Shown: piece by piece, positions 57,035 through 64,000 of the stretch | How positions within the stretch are numbered: the first letter of the stretch is position 1 | How the letters are laid out: each line of letters opens with the position of its first letter | Source of the DNA: the human T2T-CHM13v2.0 reference genome, Homo sapiens | Strand: one strand, 5' to 3' | NCBI RefSeq assembly: GCF_009914755.1 | Contig: NC_060927.1 | Length of the DNA stretch: 64,000 nt | The notes under the pieces: generated by a model | The model's input: only the letters and a program-made list of their open reading frames with translations | Told to the model about the DNA's origin: nothing | Databases searched by the model: none | Made by a program: the position numbers and the translations under genes

Positions 57035-57785
57035 ACTACCATTTCACTCCTATTAGGATGGCAATTATCAAAGAGACAGAAAATAAGTGTCAGTAGGGAT
57101 GAAGAAAAATTGAAACATCCGTGCACTGCTGAAGGAAATGTAAAATGTGGCAGACATTATAGAAAACAGTATGGCAAATTCCTTAAAATAGTTAAGATAG
57201 AATTTCCACATGATTCAGAAATGCCACTTCTGGGTATTTAGCTAAAATAACTGACAGTAGGTACTGAAAAAATATTTGTACATTCACATTTACAGCAGCA
57301 TTATTCATAATATTCAAAAGGGGAAATTTACCCATATGTCCATGGATAGGTGAACAAATAAACAAAATGTGGTATAACATACAATGGAGTATCGTTCAGC
57401 CTTAAAAAGAAGGAAATTCTGTCACATGCTATGACATGGAAGAACCATCGAGACATTATGCTACGTGCCATAAGTTGGTCACAAAACGACAAATACTCTG
57501 ATTCCACATATGAGGTGTTTCAGATAGTCAAATTTGTAGAGATGGAAAGTAGACCGGAGGTTTGCAGGAGTTGAGGGAAGAAGAAAATGAGGAGTTATTG
57601 TTTAAAGGGTATATGATTTCCATTTTGCAAGATGAAAACAGTTCTGGAGAAGAATGGTCATGATGGTTGAACCACAACCTGAATGAATGTAATGCCTTTG
57701 AACTGTATAGGTAAAGATGGTTAAAATTGAAATTTTATGTTATATATATTTTATCAGTATTCTAAAAATATAAATAGACTAAAAT
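57035..57785 (+). mobile_element. L1MA/MB-like 3' fragment
   Basis: taccatttcactcctattaggatggc ... cagccttaaaaagaaggaaattctg ... ttttgcaagatgaaaacagttctggag. Confidence 0.85.
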
Positions 57786-57877
57786 ATAAATTAGCTATTT
57801 ATATTTGAATAGTTTATTGAAACATTTTAATAATATATTGTTAATTTAGGTCATTAGAAAACTTCTGATCATCAATA

Positions 57878-58183
57878 CAGTCGTCTCTCTTTATCCGTGG
57901 GGGATACATTCCAGGATCCCCAGTGGATGCGCAAAACCATGGATAGTACTGAACCTTAAATATGCTGTTTTTTCCTATACGTACATATCTATGATGACTT
58001 TAATTTATAAAGTAGGTACAATATGATATTGACAATAGTAATCAATAATAAAATAGGATAAGTATAATAATAAGAGTTAAGTGAACGTGGGCTCCCTTTC
58101 TCTCTTTCTCTCTCCCTCTCTCTCTCAAATTATCTTATTGTACTGTTCCGGGGTAACTGAAACTTCGGAAAGCAAAAATACTG
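57878..58183. mobile_element. MER44-like (TcMar-Tigger) element
   Basis: TA-cagtcgtctctctttatccgtgggggatacattccagga ... gggtaactgaaac...tactg-TA. Confidence 0.8.
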
Positions 58184-59193
58184 TATTAAAAGATAGTGTT
58201 TTTCCTGTGATAATAAAAATATTTAAATTGACTGAAATTTTACAAAATATTGGACCTTGTTGAATTACCTGGAAAACAAATATTATATTCAAATACTGAT
58301 ACAAGTTTACATTGAAGCTTCATAAGACTTTGTGAAGCATGTTAATTGTTTAGTTAACAACACAGAAGTTCATGTTCTGTGAGCAAGCCTTCAGATTCTT
58401 GCTGTGGAAAGACGAGATATCATACTTTGCTAGTTAATACACTTTTGGCCTCAAGTGTCAGAAACCCAGCTCAACTGACTTTAAACATGAAGAGGAATTG
58501 AAGAAGGGATACCATGTTAGTTCTTTACATCCAAAGCAGTGTTAAATGATTATGCTTCAAGAACAACGGAATTGTAACACAGGTATCATGGAAAATAAGA
58601 ACTCAAAAAACATTAGGAGTCTATCAACACTTCTCTGAGTTCTGACTTCATATTCTTTATCTCACTTGCAGAATTAGTTTCTTCATATGGTAGAAAACAA
58701 AGCTGCACAGTGATTGGCTTATTATAATCTCTTTAGCACTTGAGGCTGATCAAATATGAATGGATGTACCATTTTGTAATAAACTCATACTCCCTACATG
58801 GTACAAGAGTCAAAGGCACAAATTCTGGAGGAAAGAGGTAATGGATGTAGAGGGGCTAAGTTGAGCAGAAGTTCAGGGAAGGTACAAACTTATCAATTTC
58901 AACCTTGGCTAACAAATAGGCATCTTTTAATAGAAAAAATTCCACGGTTCTTCAGTATGACCATAAAGTATATTTATGATAATATCATTTGAATATGTAC
59001 AAATAGCATACAAATCTATCATGTTTATACCTCATAAAATATAAAATAACAATTAAAATTAAACATAAATGATAGAAAACCCAGAAAATTCAAATTAAAA
59101 TCATTTGACTTAAATTAACTAAATGAAATCGATGGGATATTATTTTTCTTTAATGAAAATGGTATTTGGAATTTAAATATGAGAATAAGAAAG

Positions 59194-59676
59194 AATAGCA
59201 AAGACTTGGAACCAACCCAAATGTCCATCAATGATAGACTGGATAAAGAAAATGTGGCACATATACACTATGGAATACTATGCAGCCATAAAAATGGATG
59301 AGTTCATGTCCTTTGCAGGGACATGGATGAAGCTGGAAACCATCATTCTCAGCAAACTAACACAGGAACAGAAAACCAAACACTGCGTGTTCTCACTCAT
59401 AAGTAGCAGTTGAACAATGAGAACACATGGACACAGGGAGGGGAACATCACATACTGGGCCTTGTCAGGGAGTGGGGGGACTAAGGGAGAGATAGCATTA
59501 GGAGAAATACCTAATGTGGATGATGGGTTGAGGGGTGCAGCAAACCACCATGGCACGTGTATACCTATGGAAAAAACCTGCGCATTCTGCATATGTATCC
59601 CAGAACTTAAAGTATAACAACAACAACAAAAAAAGAATAAAGTCCAAAAGAAAATAAATAAAAAAAGAAAAGAAAG
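59194..59676 (+). mobile_element. 5'-truncated L1PA7-like element
   Basis: ORF2 end ([21 protein letters not shown]) and 3'UTR ggagaaatacctaatgt...gtatcccagaacttaaagtataa plus A-rich tail. Confidence 0.92.
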
Positions 59677-59758
59677 AGATGAAGTAATGTTTTTCAGTTT
59701 CCATGGATATAATACCATGTACATTGTGGTCACAATTCTGTAATGACTATTATCTTTT

Positions 59759-60574
59759 TTTTTATTTTTTTTTATACTTTTAAGTTATAGGGTACATGTG
59801 CACATTGTGCAGGTTAGTTACATATGTATACATGTGCCATGCTGGTGCGCTGCACCCACTAACTCGTCATCTAGCATTAGGTATATCTCCTGATGCTATC
59901 CCTCCCCCCTCCCACCACCCCACAACAGTCCCCAGAGTGTGATATTCCCCTTTCTGTGTCCATGTGATCTCATTGTTCAGTTCCCACCTATGAGTGAGAA
60001 TATGCGGTGTTTGGTTTTTTGTTCTTGCGATAGTTTACTGAGAATGATGATTTCCAATTTCATCCATGTCCCTACAAAGGACATGAACTCATCATTTTTT
60101 ATGGCTGCATAGTATTCCATGGTGTATATGTGCCACATTTTCTTAATCCAGTCTATCATTGTTGGACATTTGGGTTGGTTCCAAGTCTTTGCTATTGTGA
60201 CTAATGCTGCAATAAACATACGGGTGCATGTGTCTTTATAGCAGCATGATTTATAGTCCTTTGGGTATATACCCAGTAATGGGATGGCTGGGTCAAATGG
60301 TATTTTCAGTTCTAGATCCCTGAGGAATCGCCACACTGACTTCCACAATGGTTGAACTAGTTTACAGTCCCACCAACAGTGTAAAAGTGTTCCTATTTCT
60401 CCACATCCTCTCCAGCACCTGTTGTTTCCTGACTTTTTAATGATTGCCATTCTAACTGGTGTGAGATAGTATCTCATTGTGGTTTTGATTTGCATTTCTC
60501 TGATGGCCAGTGATGATGAGCATTTTTTCATGTGTTTTTTGGCTGCATAAATGTCTTCTTTTGAGAAGTGTCTG
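59759..60574 (-). mobile_element. 5'-truncated L1PA2-like element (main body of a complex insertion 59745-60748)
   Basis: T tail and 3'UTR with GAG diagnostic (aatgctagatgacgagttagtgggtg on minus). TSD gactattatctttt at 59745-59758 and 60735-60748. Confidence 0.95.
59977..60574 (-). pseudogene. Uninterrupted C-terminal fragment (about 198 aa) of L1 ORF2p including the Cys-rich motif; not a functional gene
   Basis: ORF 59977..60588(-): [22 protein letters not shown]...[18 protein letters not shown]...IFSLIGGN. Confidence 0.9.
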
Positions 60575-60872
60575 ATCACTTCAATCATTGCAAAACAATG
60601 TGCAAGTACTAGAGGAGGACTTGATATATAAATTGTAAATCACATGAAGGCGAAATAGCAACACAGCATTCTGTGGCAGTGACTTCTGCAGTGTTTGTAA
60701 AAGATAATAGTCTGTTCTGCGAAGGACATGAACAGACTATTATCTTTTACAAACACTGCAGAAGTCACTGCCACAGAATGCTGTGTTGGTATTTCGCCTT
60801 CATGTGATTTACAATTTATATATCAAGTCCTCCTCTAGTACTTGCACATTGTTTTGCAATAATTGAAGTGAT
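60575..60872. repeat. 143-bp inverted repeat (141/143 identical) with 12-nt spacer
   Basis: Arms 60575-60717 and 60730-60872; mismatches only at 60586/60861 and 60658/60789; loop tgcgaaggacat. Confidence 0.97.
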
Positions 60873-61329
60873 GCTATTAGTCATCAAGGGGATCAAAAAT
60901 TAAAACATAAAAATCATGTAGTACTACACATTTTTAAGGATGGATTTTCAGATATTTTCAGAATATGAATAATTAGATAATAATTGACATAATTTTACTA
61001 TTAAAGTATTATAACAAAAAATGCATGTCCTTAGCTTGAGTAACATTAGAATTAGACTACTGATGGAATTTCAAAAGGACTGGGGAAAGACTGAAAAAGG
61101 GTCAAGTATATTTTGGAGGAGGAACAAATAGTTTTTTCATTTAGCTACACTGCTTTATTTGAAGGTTAAACTCAGCTTTAAAACTACTATTTTATAGGGT
61201 TAACATTGTTTTGTCTACTGGTTTTTAATACATTTCTATATTATTATGCATAATGAAAAGTAATTGGTTTGGGATTGATTAAAAGAAACGTGCTATAAAT
61301 TAAAGATATATCTTTTAAATTCTTGAGCA

Positions 61330-62890
61330 ACAGCTGAGAAAGAAATAAAGAAGTATAACTAACAAGCCAATAGTAGATATAAAACAAAATCATTAGAAAT
61401 TATTAAAAATACTCAACTAACCCAAAAGAATAAGGGACAAAAGCTATAAACTACAGAGAGATAAAATATAAAATGGCAAAACGGCAGATTTAAGTTAAAC
61501 CATATCAATAATTGCATGAAGTGTATATATCTCAATCAAAAGGCAAACATGGTCAGATTAGATGAAAAAACAAGAGCCAATTATATTATAAGATCTCTAA
61601 AAGAAACACACAATATCACTTGTAATACTGGCCAACTGTTTTAGATATGAAAGTCCCAGAGAGGGAATTCACTGGCTTTGCTTTGCCAAGGTAACTATCT
61701 TTAGACTGATCAAATGTTACCAGAGTGAAACACACAATAAATATAATCACATAATTGACTAAAAGTAAAAGGTTTGGAGAAAGATGTGTCATGAAAACAC
61801 TAAATTGATGAAATTTGGAATGACCATACAGGTATTAACATCAAATAAAGCCAACTCAGAACATTACCAAGGATAACAACAAATGTAAAAGCAATAAGAC
61901 AATTCATCAAGAAGACATAAAAATCTTAAGTGTGTATACACCTAACAACAGAGATTTAAAATGCATAAAGAAAAAAGATAAAATAAAAGAAATAGAGAAA
62001 ACTACAATAACAGAGACTTTTGTCTTAATAACTCATAGAAAAGAATGAGAAAATATCATTAGGAATACAGAAAACCTAAACTACACTACCAACCAATTTG
62101 ACCTAATAGATATTTATAGAACACTCTAGCAAACAGCAGCATAACAAATATTATTTTCAACTACACATGACACATTCTGCAAGACAGTGCTCATTCTGGG
62201 CCAGAAAATAAAACTCAAACTTAAAAGAATGAAATGGAGTTTAAACAGAAAACACTAAGGAAGATGCATGGGAAATTCCCAAATGTTTGGAAATTAAATA
62301 CTGCATTTATATATCACCCACATGTATCCAAGGGAAAGTCAAAAGAAAAATAAAATATGTTGAACTAAATGGAAATGAAAACATAACATACAAATTCATG
62401 GAATGCAGATAAGTAGCACTTAGAGTAAAATTTAAAGCATTATAAGAAATAAGTGTGCTTAGCGATGCCTCATGATATTTGGTCAATGTATAAAAATTAA
62501 TTGTATTTATATAGTCTAGCAATAAACTGGAAATTAAAGTATTAAAAAACTATAACTTTTCTTAGAACAATATAAGTCATGAAATAAAGATACATTTAAC
62601 AAATAAATGTAAGATTTCTGTGCTGAAAACTTAAAAATACTGATGAGAAAAATGAAAGAATATGTACATATTTGCCAGTTCCATTGATCACAAGACTCAA
62701 TATCATTATAGCATCAATTTTTCTCAAATTGATCTATGATTTCAATGCAATCCCAATTATAATCATGGACATTAAAAAATATAAATAAAGAGTCTTATTT
62801 GGAAAATTCACTCTATGATTTCAGTGCAATCCCAATTATAATCATGGACATTAAAAAATAGAAATAAAGAGTCTTATGTGGAAAATTCAC
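61330..62890 (+). mobile_element. Ancient L1M ORF2 remnants (endonuclease region and later ORF2 pieces), resuming at about 63513-63810
   Basis: caattcatcaagaagacataaaaatcttaagtgtgtatacacctaacaacaga, aatttgacctaatagatatttatagaacactc, cacactacctgatttcaag. Confidence 0.75.
62733..62890. repeat. 79-bp tandem duplication (3 mismatches)
   Basis: Copies 62733-62811 and 62812-62890. Confidence 0.95.
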
Positions 62891-62892
62891 AT

Positions 62893-63512
62893 TGTAAACC
62901 AAAAATAGAATTTTGAGCACTCTGTCCTCACCCCTCAACAGGGCAACCAACTGAATGGACCCCTCCTGTCTGTCAAGGGAATTCCAAAAATAACCTGAAA
63001 CAAGAGTATAGGCCATAATGGGAACAAGTAGTCAAACATCTCTCATTATATCCTCCTCCCTTTGCAATTTAGGCACAATCGACCGGTGTAACATTAAAAC
63101 GGATACTTAAGATGATCTTTTCTCTCTGAAGCCTGCTACCTGAAGGCTTCTTCAGCATAATAAACCTTTGCTCTCCATAACTCCTTATCTTAACTTAAAT
63201 ACTAACTTCTATTGATTCCAGGTCTTTACATAAACTCAACTAATTACCAATCAGATAATCTTCAAATCTACCTATGACCTAGAAGCCTCCACTTTGAGTT
63301 GTTCCATATTTCCAGACTGAACCAATGCACAACGTACATGTATTGATTGATGTCTTATGTCTCCCTAAAACATATAAATCCAATCTATAGCCCAACCACC
63401 TTGGGCACATGTTCTGAGGACCTCCTGAGACTTTGTCATAGGAACGTACTTAGCCTTGGCAACATAAACTTCTAAATTGGTTGAGATCTGTCCGAAATAA
63501 TTTTGGTTTACA
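62893..63512 (+). mobile_element. MER4-family ERV1 solo LTR
   Basis: Terminal inverted ends tgtaaaccaaaa ... ttttggtttaca; caaccaccttgggcacatgttctgaggacctcctgag. Confidence 0.88.
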
Positions 63513-63821
63513 GCACTCAAGCCTAAGCTAAAAATATAGATTAATCAAAATAGCTATGAAAAAGAACAAAATATGAGGATTCACACTACCTGATTTCAAG
63601 GTTCAAACATGAAGACAGGCTATATTGGCCTAAAGATAAACATGTAGAACAAACAAATAGATTAGAAAGCCCAGAAGTAGACCCAGACAAATACAGACTC
63701 ATACATATATAATCAATAGGCAAAGGTGCCAAGGTAATCCAATAAGGAATGGGCAATATTTGCACAAAAATGAATCTCTATGCTTACATTTTACCGTATA
63801 AAAATAGTGCAAGTTTTCTTT

Positions 63822-64000
63822 TTATCAACATGGCAGACTAGAGATGTCAGATGCCAGTTCTCCTCATAAAGAAGATCCAAAGTTACAGGCCCAAGGGAAA
63901 AACTGAATTGCAGCAAGAGTCTAGCAGAGAGTGACCACTGAGGAACTTGCAGTTCCACGGAAAGAATAGGTGGAGGTGTTTCTTTGCTCCCCCAAACCTA
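63822..64000 (+). mobile_element. Probable 5' end of an older L1 (runs off the window)
   Basis: caacatggcagactagag start motif and a shift to higher GC. Confidence 0.4.

Larger units (their letters stand above)
37676..64000 (-). other. ROBO1: ROBO1 5'UTR intron upstream of the first coding exon (continues beyond the window)
   Basis: Ends at the acceptor at 37676. No CpG island or promoter-like first exon is visible upstream in the window. Confidence 0.75.

Noticed and set aside
59977-60588. 203-aa ORF as an independent gene
   Set aside because: It is the L1 ORF2 C-terminus. The listed start is a non-ATG codon in the duplicated flank, and there are no EN/RT domains or promoter.
60575-60872. 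Palindrome as an assembly artefact, MITE or canonical pre-miRNA
   Set aside because: The arms differ at two sites and the junctions are explained by L1 sequence and the TSD. It has no transposon TSD of its own, and the stem is far longer than a normal pre-miRNA.

Overview
This is AT-rich, CpG-poor human/primate genomic DNA. The only protein-coding sequence I can support is one 138-nt minus-strand exon (37538-37675). It carries 50 nt of 5'UTR and the first 88 coding nt of ROBO1 long isoform a (signal peptide [29 protein letters not shown]). The rest of the window is therefore the two giant flanking ROBO1 introns, filled with Alu, L1, L2, LTR and DNA-transposon relics and microsatellites. The most striking unexplained structure is an L1PA2-like insertion (59745-60748). 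Its 5' junction holds a 16-19 nt inverted L1 piece and a 143-bp inverted copy of the downstream flank, giving a 141/143 palindrome with a 12-nt loop (60575-60872), best read as twin priming followed by fold-back synthesis. Two more TSD-bounded inverted L1 micro-insertions (about 10.1 kb and 46.3 kb), an out-of-frame overlapping uORF around the ROBO1 start codon and candidate recursive splice sites are also reported. Repeat subfamily names come from recalled consensus motifs, not a database search. No prokaryotic-type system is present.
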